Position numbers and translations under genes: made by a program
Source of the DNA: Spironucleus salmonicida
Lineage: Eukaryota
DNA: 64,000 nucleotides
Assembly (NCBI RefSeq): GCF_000497125.1
Contig: NC_090596.1
Location: forward strand, 806,001-870,000
Direction of reading: 5' to 3'
The notes under the pieces: model-generated
Told to the model about the DNA's origin: nothing
What the model saw: only the letters and a program-made list of their open reading frames with translations
The model's database searches: none
Part shown: piece by piece, positions 1-12,755 of the stretch
How the letters are laid out: each line of letters starts with the position of its first letter
Position numbering within the stretch: position 1 is the stretch's first letter

Positions 1-528
1 CCCAAGGACGATGTAGTCCGGCCCGATCAGTGCAACGCCGTTTTGGCACAGGCACACCCTCTCGGCGGCGTAGTCCATGTCGAAGTGCTGCCGTCCGCGC
101 CGGAGAATCACCAGCCGTCCGCTCAGGAAGTACAGCTGGTACTGCCCAACAATGTAGTCGACCCCGCTATGGATCTTCAGACCGTCGCAGAGCACGTGGC
201 CAGCGAACCTGAGCTGCGCGCACTCCGGGCTCTGGCACGAGGCGATGGCCCCCTGGTACGCCACCTCGGACAGCCTCCCGTTCTCGATCCTGCTGAGCGC
301 CACGGAGTCCAGTGTGTCTGCCTTTTCCAGCACGGAGCCGTCCGCGCTCAGCCGCATGAGCACTGTGCGGGAGTCGGTCTGGAGCTTGAGGAACGGGAAG
401 TAGAACTCGAACTCGCGTGGTGCGAACTCCAGCTCGTGAACGAAGTTCTGCAGCGTCGGTGTCTCCAGGACGACCGTCTGGTCGTTGACCAACAGGAGGT
501 AGCTGCCTTGCGCGGCCAGCTGCTTCAT
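1..528 (-). CDS. Hypothetical protein, 3' end outside window (MKQLAAQGSYLLLVND...)
   Basis: AAAATG start at 528, 176 codons open to the window edge with strong GC3 bias; TATA-like and TTCCACTCC motifs upstream. Confidence 0.7.
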   Translation of the reverse strand, partial: MKQLAAQGSYLLLVNDQTVVLETPTLQNFVHELEFAPREFEFYFPFLKLQTDSRTVLMRLSADGSVLEKADTLDSVALSRIENGRLSEVAYQGAIASCQSPECAQLRFAGHVLCDGLKIHSGVDYIVGQYQLYFLSGRLVILRRGRQHFDMDYAAERVCLCQNGVALIGPDYIVLG

Positions 529-639
529 TTTTGCGAAAGGGCGCCGCGCTCTATAATATGCAACAGACCCCGTGGAGTGGAATCGGCGCGGCCACACCTT
601 TTCCTGCGGCCCAGTGTAGACGCTCGCAGCCGCCCTGAA

Positions 640-765
640 ATGGAGCACCAGGTGATTCACAGGCTCAGGGCCAGGACCCCGCACGTCTGCCAGCTGCTGC
701 GCATCCCGGCGCCAGCGGCGGGTGCTGCTTCCTCCAGCGACGGGGAGTACGAGCTCACGCTGTGA
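640..765 (+). CDS. Small hypothetical protein (41 aa)
   Basis: GAAATG start, GC3-rich codons, TGA stop; divergent from the 528 gene. Confidence 0.35.
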   Translation: MEHQVIHRLRARTPHVCQLLRIPAPAAGAASSSDGEYELTL

Positions 766-808
766 GGGGCTCCGTGGCCGAATCGTGACTCGCGTAATCT
801 CACTCCCT

Positions 809-1108
809 TCAGTACTCGTAGTCCTCGTCCTCGAGGAACTGGGCGATGCGGTCCTCGACGCTGCGCCCATTGGAACGCATCTTGCCCATCAGGCTGCCGC
901 TGGAGAGGTACTTGAGCTGCCTGGAGAGCTGCCGGTGAATCTTCTTGTCCTCCGCGACGGTCCCCAGGTATGCGATCTGCTGCTGCTCCATCTCCTGCTT
1001 CTGCCTCTGCTGCGGCAGCACTATATCCTCCTCCGCCTCGGACAGCTCGGTCTGCCTCCTGGGTTCGTAGTCCTCGTAGAAGTCCAGGTCGGAGTAGTCG
1101 ACGCCCAT
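809..1108 (-). CDS. Small hypothetical protein (99 aa, MGVDYSDLDF...EDEDYEY); paralogue of 8824
   Basis: GC3 bias, TGA followed by AGTGA, clear similarity to the ORF at 8824. Confidence 0.75.
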   Translation of the reverse strand: MGVDYSDLDFYEDYEPRRQTELSEAEEDIVLPQQRQKQEMEQQQIAYLGTVAEDKKIHRQLSRQLKYLSSGSLMGKMRSNGRSVEDRIAQFLEDEDYEY

Positions 1109-1661
1109 TTCTGGAGACCCCGCGATCATTTGTATACAGTAGCAGGCTTGAAGTCGAGTTTTCGGTTTTTGCGTCGCGAGTGAACGGCAGTATTCCGGGA
1201 ATATATCCGTGGTCTGTATTTAGAACGGCCAAAGTTTTTCCACTACTCTGAGTATATAGCATCCCAGGGCCCGACCACAAGATTCTGCGGAAACCTATCT
1301 TGTGTTAGGCCGCCGAGCACCCAATGCCGCAGCGGCCGACCGGCTCCGAGGGCTGTGGCGCGGACTGAGATGCGACCCTGGTGCAAAAATCGAGCGAGGC
1401 GCCCGCAAGGCAATACAAACACTCAGATAGTCACGTCATACTCCGAGTCCGAGTCCGGCTGCCCCTGGCCCGGGGACCTGAGCAGCACTATCTTTGCCTC
1501 GGTGGAACGGCAAGTCGCCAGCGCGCTGTCGAAGCGGATGCCCCACGGCCGGATGACCGGCTTTCCCAGGCTAATCATTTTGGACCGGTCGTGTCCCCAA
1601 TTCAGGATGGGAATTGTTCGGCGCAACAATACTGCTTAGGATATAATAATGTGCGCTACGA

Positions 1662-1820
1662 ATGAACACCCAGCTCAAGGAGCTGGACGACCTGGTGCGG
1701 ACCCTCCTCCCCAGGCCGACCCCCGCTGCGGACGGGCGGGCTGAGGCCCTCGATCGGACCGTGGCCGCGCGGATGCAGATCATGGACGAGCTCTTTGACA
1801 ACACGGAGGACCTGGAGTGA
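1662..1820 (+). CDS. Small hypothetical protein (52 aa)
   Basis: ATATAATAAT upstream, GC3-rich, stop inside AGTGA. Confidence 0.55.
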   Translation: MNTQLKELDDLVRTLLPRPTPAADGRAEALDRTVAARMQIMDELFDNTEDLE

Positions 1821-1868
1821 GCGGCGTGTCTTGGCTGTACCGAGTGCGGACATACGCTCACTCGCACC

Positions 1869-2726
1869 TCACCACTTGGGCCTCCCCACGGGCGCCTTCC
1901 TGCCCTTTCTGGACACCAGGAACCAGCCGAGGCCCCCGACCGCACCGACTGCCAGCACGCCGCCGATGACGATCCCTGCAATCGCGCCGCCTGATAGCCC
2001 TCCCTTAGCGGCATCGTCATCACCGCCGTCATCGCCATCGCCACCCTGGCCCTAGGGGAGGCATAGCTTTCCTACCTTGTCGAAACCGTCAGTACATACA
2101 GTGCAGGATCCCCTGAATATGGCGTATCCCGCCATGCAGTCGGCGCATTCGCTTGGTTCCGCGCCGCTCCTGCTGACAGGGGCGCAGGTGCGGCAGTTCT
2201 CGGCGAATATGCTGCAGTTGCAGGGCGTTATCTGCTCCGTACCACCGCAGGGCACCTTGGTGCCGTTCACGCAGGTCTGGTTGAAGTCCTGCTTGCAGTT
2301 CTCGATGCAGGCCTGCGCGGTGCTCATCTCGGCGTAGACCTTGCACTCGGTGCACTTCGTGGCGCTGGAGCAGGCGGCGCAGGTCACGGGGCAGGGTAAG
2401 CAGGTCGTGCCGGCGCAGTAGCGGCCCTTCGGACAGGGGTTCTCGGTGCTGCAGATAGAGGGAATCGGGAGGCACTGGCCGTCCACCAGCTCGGTGGAGG
2501 CGTTGCACACGAAGCAGACGTCGAGGCGCATACAGATCGTGCAGTTGGAGGGGCAGGCCTTGCAGGTACCCCCGACCAGGAGGAAGCCGTTCCGGCAGCT
2601 GACGCACGCATCTAGGTCAGCGCAGAACGTGCAATTCTTGGAGCAGGCCGTGCAGACCTGGGGCGGTGCAGCGGGGCAGAACTCGGTGCGGTCGCAGTCG
2701 GTTCCGGAGGCGCAGGGTTTTGCCAT
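1869..2726 (-). CDS. Cysteine-rich membrane protein (VSP-like/CRMP), 285 aa
   Basis: Many CXXC motifs; reading TAG 2052 as Gln adds the GLSGGAIAGIVIGG transmembrane segment and a basic tail RKGRK. Confidence 0.9.
2110..2589. repeat. Near-identical inverted repeat of 5488-5967 (CRMP core)
   Basis: Direct comparison: only about 2 differences seen in 480 nt; flanks more diverged. Confidence 0.9.
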
Positions 2727-2860
2727 TTTCAGCTGCGGACAGACTCAGGCTATCCCGCTCGGAATATATTTGTGGTTTGCGAAACTGAGTTCCGCGTTTC
2801 GATGCTGGCAGGATATCGCCCCTGCGCCCCCAGGGACGGATCATTCCGAAACCGGCGCGC

Positions 2861-3445
2861 TCACTCAGCGAAGGTGAAGTCGCCCCGCTTGAGCATCAGA
2901 AAGAGGCAGTTTATCTGCTGCCGCACGTCCCCCAGCTCCTGCGTGGCCCTGGAGAGCCGCATCTGCTGCTGGGTGGCGTGCTCGGTGCGGAACTTCCGCC
3001 GGCCGTCGAACTGGATCTTCTGGCGCTGGTCGCGGTACCGCTCCTGGATCAGGTCCAGGTCCGCCGCGAGCTGCGCACCCCGGTCCTTCTCCCGCTGGAT
3101 CTGGCGCGCGATGTCTTTGTTCTGGTCGACCAGCCCCTGCAGGAAGCTGGCCCTCTGGCGGACTCTGGGGGCGTACTCGAGCACCTCGTTGACGGAGTAC
3201 AGCTTCGTGGCCTGCGGCGCCAGCAGGCTCAGGTTGAGTTGGGAGAAGAACTGCGCGGAGCCGAAGTGCTGCTGCCCTGGGGGCTCCGTGCGGGCCTCGC
3301 GCTGCTACCTGAGCTGCAGCCGGAGGACGCTGAGCTTGATATCGAAGTGGTAGGCCTTGGCCTTCTGGGTGGCCAGCGTGAGCACCACCTGGTTGTGGAG
3401 CTGGACCATCTGGTTCTGCGTGCTCTCCATCATGGCGATGGTCAT
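2861..3445 (-). CDS. Hypothetical coiled-coil protein (194 aa)
   Basis: Open in code 6 through one TAG, GC3 bias, Q/R/E-rich, ends GAGTGA. Confidence 0.8.
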
Positions 3446-3610
3446 CTAAGGAGAATGGGCCGGGGCGGATTTGGCGATATATAAATGTTGTGCTGGGTTT
3501 CTGGCTTGGGACGATGCCGGAGCGGGGTGGTATCCGGAGGCGTAGCACCCTGCCCCACGAGTGAATATTATATACTTCCACCTCCGCAATTCCCGCTTCG
3601 CCCTCAGGAA

Positions 3611-4168
3611 ATGAAGATCTACCGCGACGCCGACGGCAACGCCATCTAGTTCAGCAGCTTCCAGTTCCACGAGCTGCTCGTGATCCTCACCAAGATCTAC
3701 CAGAACGTGTACTTCAACTCCCAGGCCAAGATCAACTACTCCCACCTCGCCAAGCAGCTGAACATCGCCCCGGCCACGCTCCAGGCGCTGTTCCAGAGGC
3801 TCGTGGCGCAGAAGAAGGCCAAGAAGTCCTACTTCGGCACCGCCTTTGTGCCGTCCGACTGCCCCCAGTTTTTCGAGATCACGACCGACGTGCTGCAGAA
3901 GGTCCCGATGAGCATCCCCAGCATGCGCCAGCAGCCGGCCCAGATCGACGAGCGGCTGCTGCTCTCCGCGCTGAAGTTCTTCAAGCTCGACTTCAGCCTG
4001 GTGCAGAAGCAGTTCTTCATGGACATCGGCACCGACGAGCTCATCTAGAGGTACAACCAGCTCAAGGGCGCCAACGTCGTCAGCAACGAGAACTTCGACG
4101 AGGTCTTCCAGATCGGCGACGTGAAGTTTGAGGAGCTGGTCGAGCTGAGCCAGAAGCGGCGGAAGTGA
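3611..4168 (+). CDS. Myb/SANT-like DNA-binding protein (185 aa)
   Basis: DERLLLSALKFFKLDFSLVQKQFF...DELIQRYNQL resembles a SANT/Myb repeat; ends AAGTGA. Confidence 0.7.
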
Positions 4169-5350
4169 GCGATGGCGTGTGTTTATAGCCCAGCGGGCAT
4201 TGGAGCTAAACAGGCATATAGAGATATCTGGCCATACGCAGCGGCAGCCGCGCTCTCCCCCAGAAGCCCGTTCCGCGGGACCTGCTTATATTCCACCCCT
4301 GCTCCAATTTCGCTGGCGCTGCACCAACCGCCTTCTCCCCACCGCTTGGCCCAAGCGGAACGAGGCCTCCGCATTCCCAATGGGCTAGTACTCACTACAC
4401 ACTTCTGGACCGCAGCCGAAACTATCGGCAGCTCCCTGCCATGCAAGCGCTCAATGGCTGCCCCATCAAGTTTACGGCATCTAGCCTAAAGTATGCCGCT
4501 GGCAATTCCGATGCCCGGGCCTGCACGCGCAACCGCGCTGGCTCGGGTGGTTAAACAGGCAGCTGGCCCCAGCATTCAGCTTCGCACCCGCTCGCCTGCA
4601 GTGACCTCATAATCGCGCAACGTTGTGCGTTCCGGGCCACGAAAAGCACCTGTTTCGCGCACCACTGAGGCCCAAATTCCCATTCTGCCAGTCGGCCGCG
4701 CACGCCCGGGACGCCAGCTGCGGCGGCGAGCGCAAGGCCATGGGAGTTGGCAGAGATGCAGCTTTTGGGCCATCGCGCGTGGCCATTTGCGGACGTCAAG
4801 TGTGCGTCAGCTCGAGCCTCCAACACGCATATTCCCGGGCGTCAGACCGGAATTTGCCGCGAAAATGCCTCACGGGTCCTTGCTGCGGACGTGCAGGATG
4901 CTGAATTCGGTCCAAAGTAACCTCGGTAAGGGCGCTCTGCTGGGGTGGGCCTGTGAAGCCTGGGGAGGGCATGCCGCTATTAGCCACCCTTGGGCTAGGG
5001 TGACTTTGCGGCATCGGCCTGGGCGGTTGCGGATGCGGATGATATGTAAGTTTTAATGTATATAAGTTAGCGTCAAATGGGTTGTTGATTTATCTGGAGG
5101 GGATAAACTCGCCAGAACGGTATTTTTAGCAGTATATAGCTGATAGGTTGAATTTATTTTTAGTGTGGGTTTGGCTTATTATAAGGTGGATATCAAGGCA
5201 TTACTTTATCATTTACACTTTTAGAGTTACGTCGTTTCTCGTTTACCTAGTTAGATATCATAGGTGGCGGAGAAACACATTTCGGATTATAAAAACTAAA
5301 ACCACAAATTACTATCATTAGGTATGAAAATTATATCTCGCACTTCAAAA

Positions 5351-6352
5351 ATGTCCAAGCCCTGCGCCTCCGGAACCGACTGCGACCGCAGAGAGTTCTG
5401 CCCCGCTGCGGCGCCCCAGGTGTGCACAGCCTGCTCAAAAAACTGTTAGCTCTGCACGGACCTAGATGAGTGCCTCGGCTGTCAGAGCGGCTTCCTCCTG
5501 GTCGGGGGTACCTGCAAGGCCTGCCCCTCCAACTGCACGATCTGTATGCGCCTCGACGTCTGCTTCGTGTGCAACGCCTCCACCGAGCTGGTGGACGGCC
5601 AGTGCCTCCCGATTCCCTCTATCTGCAGCACCGAGAACCCCTGTCCGAAGGGCCGCTACTGCGCCGGCACGACCTGCTTACCCTGCCCCGTGACCTGCGC
5701 CGCCTGCTCCAGCGCCACGAAGTGCACCGAGTGCAAGGTCTACGCCGAGATGAGCACCGCGCAGGCCTGCATCGAGAACTGCAAGCAGGACTTCAACCAG
5801 ACCTGCGTGAACGGCACCAAGGTGCCCTGCGGTGGTACGGAGCAGATAACGCCCTGCAACTGCAACATACTCGCCGAGAACTGCCGCACCTGCGCCCCTG
5901 TCAGCAGGAGCGGCGCGGAACCAAGCGAATGCGCCGACTGCATGGCGGGATACGCCATATTCAGGGGGTCTTGTAGTAATTGCGCAGATGGTTTTGTCAA
6001 GGTGGGAAAGTTATGCCTGTCAGAAAATCAAGATAATAATGAAGCTGGTGGTGATGGAGATGGTTCAGATACTAACACTGGGGGAGATGGTTCAGATAGT
6101 AACATTGGCGGAGATGGCTCCGAAGGAAATACTGGTAGTGATACCTCCGATAATATTAGTAAATCTGGAGTTTCTAATGGTATTATTGCAGCCATTACTA
6201 TTGGTTGTTTACTGTTTATTTGTAGTACCGTTGGAATCATTTTATATTATATGAAAAAGCGCAGTAAGAAAAATTAATAGGCAGTTTTTATTGAAAAGAA
6301 GCTAGCACCCGCTTTTATTTTTAATACAGATTAAATAATGACGAATAAATGA
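5351..6352 (+). CDS. Cysteine-rich membrane protein (CRMP), 333 aa
   Basis: CXXC array shared with 1869-2726, GGDGSD linker repeats, TM segment IIAAITIGCLLFICSTVGIILYY, then KKRSKK. Confidence 0.9.
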
Positions 6353-6631
6353 TTTAGTTACTGGGTTGTTTTAAATCTATAATTTTTAAAATATACGATT
6401 GGTCCTTACAATAAAGTAAAAATATTATAAAATATAATATGGAACAAAAATACGAAGTGTTCTAAGTCAAGATAGTGAATATTATTTCTAATTAAACTAA
6501 TTGCATATAGTAATACTAAATAGTCTTATGTTTTCATATATTCTTTTGAGATCCATTTTTAATGTAATTTTTCTATGGAAGTAATAGATATATATATTTA
6601 CACTAAGATAGATAGAATTAATATTTTTTTC

Positions 6632-7811
6632 AAGTCTAGTTTTTAGAAATGATGAAAGATGGAGTATTCCTCTGGATCCTCGTTGCATCAATGATTCTGT
6701 CCGGGGCCGGGTCCACCATGACCCAGAAGGCCCAGCAGCTGCAAATTGTGGCTCCCTGCTAGGGGTGCGCTGCAGAATCCTTCAACCACTCCTACATGCA
6801 GACCTTCTTCATGTTCATGGGCGAGCTTATGTGCATCTTCGTCTGGCTCGTGATCCAGTTCGTGAACAAGCAGCGCAAGGTCGAGGCGCCCCCTCTGAAG
6901 GAGGGCAAGCGCTACTACAAGTTCTACCCGAACGTGTTCCTCTTCCTGGTGCCCACCGTGTGCGACCTCATCTCGTCCACCTTCAACACCATCTCCCTCT
7001 ACTACTCGCTCCCGTCGGTGCGGCTCGTGCTGTCCCGCTGCACGGCGCTCTTCATCGCGATCTTCTCCTTCTGCATCTGGCGCGACTACCGCAAGAAGTT
7101 CGACTTGCCGCAGGTCGTGGGGCTGCTCATGCTCTTCACCGGCGCCGCCATCACCGCGGTCGCATCCATCATGTTCAGCACCAGCTCCGAGACCGCCAAG
7201 AACCCCACCATCGGCGTCGTCACCTCCATCCTGGGGTCGCTCTTCGCGAGCTTCTTCTACGTGTCCGAGGAGGTCTTCCTGCGCAAGATCCAGACCACCG
7301 GCCTGATGGGCGTGAGCAACGAGGGCGGCTGGGGCATGATCATCTACGCGATCCTGCTCCCCATCTTCAACGTGGTGCCCGACCCCTTCGACACCACAAA
7401 AAAGATGGAGAACCTGGCCGGGTGGGCATTCCAGGTCAAAACCTCCGCCGTGCTGCAGTACACCATCCCGATCTACCTCGTGTTCACGATCATCCTCAAC
7501 GCCAGCGGCATGGAGATCACCAACAGGGCCTCCGCCGCCACCAGGTCCACCGTGGGCGCCCAGGTCACCATCGTTATCTGGATCATCTCCTTCGCCATCG
7601 GCTGGGAGTCCTGGGACACGAAGTCCACGCTGACGAGGATTGCAGGCTTCATCCTAGTTACGCTCGGTGCCTTGATTTACAACAACATTTTCAAAATTAT
7701 CCCCTTCCTCAAGTAGTATAATATTAAATCACAGGGCAGGTGGATGGGTAAGGGTGGTAAAGAGGAGCAGAAAATTAGGGAATCTGAGAATATTCTTGCA
7801 GATATTATCGT
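6632..7811. repeat. Inverted duplicon matching 20151-21330
   Basis: Near-identical reverse complement with a few substitutions. Confidence 0.95.
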
Positions 7812-7851
7812 AGATTCTATTATTAATACTAATCAATAATCTGACGCCTGA
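6649..7851 (+). CDS. SLC35F6-like drug/metabolite (nucleotide-sugar) transporter, 400 aa
   Basis: About 10 hydrophobic segments; FNHSYMQTFFMFMGELMC and PTVCDL motifs typical of SLC35F6. Confidence 0.8.
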
Positions 7852-8078
7852 ATTGATTTATTTAATTTACTCTAAAATAGTTTTATTTATAAAAATAGGT
7901 TGTTAAAAATGAAAATACAATAAATATGTATCAACCTATTAAATAGCTCTATTGTTTTCTATATTGTTATACTATTAGAAATATAAATATCGCATTTATC
8001 ATTAAAATTTATTTAGAGTTTATAAAATTATGTGAGACTTTAAAATAATAAATTATCATTATAAACTAATGAATTTAA

Positions 8079-8300
8079 TCATATCTTTTTATCTATAAAT
8101 TAAATTATCTTATCAGCTTCCTTATCAACTCCTGTTAATCGTTTATGTAAATTTTGTAATTCAACCTACTTCATAAAAATACACATTTCTAATTTATTTA
8201 TATTATGCTGTTAGCTTCTTGATGATTCTCTTCCAGTGCTTTTTCCCGATATAATGCTATCAGATGATTGCCTTTTGCTAGCAGATAATTTTAATTACAT
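8079..8300 (-). CDS. Small hypothetical coiled-coil protein (73 aa), related to 31262 and 49285
   Basis: Open in code 6; SSRSQQ..INKLEMCIFM motif. Confidence 0.55.
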
Positions 8301-8823
8301 TTTGATCTTTACAAATATTAATATTATATATATTTTAATGAAGTATTTTAGTTTTTATAAAAACAAAAAAACATTTATAAGCGATATTTATTTGTTTTTA
8401 AGTTTAATTTAAAAAGATAATATTATTATGGTATTCAAAGATTCTATATTAATAATATAATCACAGAATAATTACCCTTACCAGGTATATAAGACCAATA
8501 AACTTAATTATTTTTTTTCTGAAAATAAAAACATTAAAAACATAAAACAGAAATTATAATACCCATAGCGAAACGTAATAATCCTACCATTTTTGTATTA
8601 CAAGAAAATTACAACAATTACATTATATAATCCTTTTTAACAAGACCCGGAGGCTCATACTTTTATACTATAGATAAACTCAAACAATAATGAAATATTG
8701 TATTCTACCTGAAACTACCTATATTCCATTAAATAATCTATTATTCAACTAAAAATACTTAAGTTTAAAAAACGAATTATATTTAATAATATATAATAAC
8801 CAAATTTTAAATACTGTAGAAGA

Positions 8824-9087
8824 ATGGGGATAGAATATTCTGCAGAGGATTTGGACGAAGACTATATTCCAGAATCAATGAGGGCATAAAAAATCGATTT
8901 GCCTATTCCAGAACCTTCGGTAAACAATTTTTCAACCGAATTTAAGGATGAGATTAGAATTTGCAAGTAACTCAGTAAGTAGCAAAAATATGCATCAAGT
9001 GGTGGACTTAAAGGACGCCACAGAAATCACCGTAGCGTCTAGGAAAAAATGGACCAATTTTTTGAAGGTAGTGATTTTTAATATTGT
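8824..9087 (+). CDS. Paralogue of 809-1108 with an uncertain 3' end (first genomic TGA is at 9328-9330)
   Basis: RICKQLSKQQKYASSGGLKG..RSVQEKMDQFFEGSDFQY aligns with the 809 protein; TGT sits where the paralogue has TGA. Confidence 0.65.
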
Positions 9088-9248
9088 TAAAATAATATAA
9101 TTTTAAATAATAATTGTTAATAATTTTTAAAACTGTAGAAAACCAAAACTATCTGCAGAGGAAGATTTTATAAGCGTTCAAGTAATAAAATGATACAAAA
9201 ATATTATTTCGAAGTAAAAATCACAAAGGCTAGTCAATCCAGTACGGA

Positions 9249-9578
9249 ATGTCTAGTATTTAATCATCACTTTCATTTATATAAGCTCCCAGCTACTAGT
9301 AACTCTTCCCTATTAGTGAAGACTTTGTGATGATCTTTTAGCTTACTTGTTTGCGATCGATTCTGACCAGGCTAGAACTTGATTTTGTTAAAAGCAATGA
9401 CTTGTTGTAGGATAATTATGTATATTTAATCAGGAGTGATTCGGTTTATGAACCGAATGTTGAGTCAGACTGTTACAATTTCAATTCCTAATCCGTATCT
9501 ATTTACTATAGCGCACTGATTCCCATTTTAAATGATCTGTTTCAATATAAATTAGCTTATAATATGCGTATCGACTGA
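9249..9578 (+). CDS. Hypothetical protein (109 aa)
   Basis: Open ATG..TGA in code 6 only; no recognised motif. Confidence 0.4.
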
Positions 9579-9690
9579 TTAATTAATCTTGCAGAATTAG
9601 CAATTGTGTAGTTTTCAAATAAATTTATTCAATGTGAAAAGTCAATAAAAATTTACGCGCTTTAATAGAAAAATGTAACTATTATAACAA

Positions 9691-11511
9691 TCACATACCT
9701 CCGAAGAACTAGCTAAAAATGTCTCCCATACCAGGAGGCATTCCACCAGCTTGACGTCCACCACCACCTCGTCTGCCGCCAGCAGGCTGTCCATTAACAG
9801 TAAATTACACGTTACTTCCCATGCCTCCTCCAAACATAGAGCCGAACATTTGGCTGATATCCACACCACCCATACCACCCATGTTTACTCCTCCCATTCC
9901 GGATTCAGGGTCGTTAATTGGATCACCGCCTTGATCATATACCATTTTTTTGTTTTTGTCTCTCATGACACCGTCTGCTTCTTAAATAAGCCTGAATTTC
10001 CATTCGGCAAAACGTTTCATTACAGGATCACGAGCAAAACGATCTGGATGATTCTTAGCTGCTTGCTTCTTGTAAGCTTTATTATATTCATCAGAATCAA
10101 CAACAGTACTTTTAGTTATACCTAATAGAGCATAATAGTCTTTACGTAAAAATGGTTTTAACTGCTTTTAAATTGCCTAAATTGTCGGTTTCAAATTTTA
10201 AGTAGTGTCGACGCTAGATGCTTGGCAATATGAATCTTCAGCTTCTTTGTACATTTAAGCATCTAAATATATTTTAGCTGCACGTAAATGTGCTTTTGCA
10301 TAGCTCAAATCTAAAAATGTAGCACAGTTAAAATACTTAAGAGCTTCAGGTATGTTCGAAGAGTTCGAATAACACATAGCAAGATTAGAGAAAATCTATG
10401 CAGCTAAATATTATGACGATAAAAATAACAGAGAGATATATGGATCAAGAGTTGTTACATCGCATATTGACAATTATGTAAAGTTAAAAACGGCATTAAT
10501 TGCTGATTAAAATGATGTTATAGCATTTTAATAATTTTTGGCAGTAAAAAATTAGGTACCCTCTTCCTTAAATTTTAAATATGCTTAATATTACTAAATA
10601 AATGCATTGTATTTAGAGTCTTATTTGATAATTTTATCAAATGAACCTAGTAAATTATTTGTATTTTAATTAAGAAGTTCAATACAAGAATTTAAAACCA
10701 GTTTATTGACAGAATTTGGTACAGCATTTATGCTTATAGCACCTTACTTGACAAAATACTTTTTGTCTTCTAAAACTTGATCTTCAGAGACAAAGTTACT
10801 GCATCCAAACTGGACTAAAGAGTCACATGAGTTTCTAAATGCCTACATAAGGATATTATAGAAAGCAACTGTTTCAGATTTCATTTAATAAGTAGGAACT
10901 GTCTTTTTGATAAATTTCATATCATCCTATAAAGATTTTGCACCTAGCTAGTCTAATTACTCACGTTCATCAAAAGCTGCCTGCTCTATAACACAAATAG
11001 TTTTCTAATACTCATCAGCTTTGTCAAGTGAATCAGCTCGCTCTTTGGATGATGAAATAATTATATTTGATGACGCAAACTTATTACAGAGACTTCCGTT
11101 TAATTTCAAAATAGTAGATGCAGCAGTTTTAACCCGCTATTCATAATTTTATACTATTTCTAATGCACGCTATGCTTCATTATTTAACTCTCTATTTTTA
11201 GTTGTCTATTCAGCATTGAATAGTTTTTAGGTAATTTCAGTTGCCTCAGTTAACTTATTAAGGCGAATTAAAACTTCAGCATGACGTTAAAGATTTTTAG
11301 AGTATTTTGGATCTATTTACATAGATTTTGTTGTATCCTTCAATGCAGCAGTATAGTTTTTAGTTTTAATATGGCAAAGTGCCCTATTGGAATAGTAAAT
11401 AGCATTTTCTGAAAGCTATATAGCCTTAGTGAACAATGCTATAGCATCTGTAAAACGTGATTACTACAAGGCTTAATTGCCTTGATTTTTAAACTGTTCA
11501 GCCTGACTCAT
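9691..11511 (-). CDS. DNAJC7: TPR + J-domain co-chaperone (DNAJC7/Tpr2-like), 606 aa
   Basis: N-terminal TPRs (AEQFKNQGN, YYSNRA), RKDYYALLG...KNHPDR J domain, G/M/F-rich tail; frame checked free of TGA. Confidence 0.85.
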
Positions 11512-11666
11512 TTATGAAGGAAAGGAAATTTTTAGGAATCATTTCAAATCAATTACTGGAATGGACAATTTTTAGTAACATAATATTATATAATGTAGAA
11601 TAAATATTTAACTAGAAACTAAATTTTACTAGATTAGTCTATAAATTTAAATAATAATATCTACAA

Positions 11667-12671
11667 TCATTTCTATAACTATCCAAGTTATTCTTTTAGT
11701 TTTCCGAGCTAATAGCTTAATCCAAAACTCTCACACTTTCGAGTCCCATTCTCAGTTCTTAATTACTTTAGCTAATTATCAAGCTCGTAAATTATCTTTT
11801 CACAATTAAAAATTTTTGATGCCCATGACTAGTCCTTTATGCCTTATTTAGTTTCTAATTCTGATATTCTCATTTAGTATTTTTTAATATTATTTTAATT
11901 GGTGATATTTTCATTTCTTAGGTGTTCTGTTTCATTAATAAAATTCATATGTTGAACAGTAAGATCTTTTATCTGCTGTTAAATATCACGCCTCTCAGAT
12001 CTGTTATACTACATTTCATTAAAATTAGATATAATAACCTCAATTTGATGTAATTTGTAATAGTTTTAATGAGAAGTTTATTTTTCTTCAGCTAGCTCTG
12101 TTTTCAGTTGTTTAATTTCCAGACCCAGTACAGCATCATTGCTTATAGGCCTTTATTCTGCTTATATAATTTTGGAGACTATTTAAACATTTTCATTTAA
12201 GTTTTACTATTAAATATTATGATTGACTATTGTTAAACTTTTATTATCGTTTTATAACTTCTTTACTTTTGTTTTTAGTTCACTATTTTCTTCTACTAAA
12301 TCTTAGTTCAGCGATAGTTGTTCTTAGTATTTTTATATAATAAAAGCCTAATTACCATTCCAATTATCTTGTGAAAGTGTATCTAGTCGTTCCAAAATTT
12401 ATCTATTCTAGTTTTAGTTTTATAATTATATTTTAAGCTGCATAATTTTATATTGAAGCTTTTCAATAGTTTAAAATGCATTTTTAAGTTCAATTTCTAA
12501 TTCAGAAGTTGGTCGTTTGTTTAGTTCAATAATTTTATGCTTAAGTAGCTAATTTTCAGTTTATATAGTATGTATCTATTTTGATTAGAATGTTAACTGC
12601 TTATTTGCTTATTAGAATCTCTTTTCCAGCTATTATAACTCAGATTTTAAGTGGTAAGGGTTTAGCGACAT
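11667..12671 (-). CDS. Hypothetical coiled-coil protein (334 aa)
   Basis: Frame checked free of TGA; Q/E/K/L heptad-like composition. Confidence 0.75.
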
Positions 12672-12755
12672 TAATTTTTGGAAAAAATAATAGTCGCTTA
12701 TATATTAATAATAGATATAAGTTTAATTTAACTAGATGATATAAAATTCACAGGG

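Noticed and set aside
4172-5143. Long code-6 open frame
   Set aside because: No codon bias, no promoter space after the Myb gene, no recognisable motifs; long frames are common with one stop codon
43-7721. Long Arg/His/Pro-rich track ORFs (43..765, 2865..3581, 6765..7721 and similar ones at 20241, 34884, 52580)
   Set aside because: Shadow or antisense frames of GC3-rich real genes
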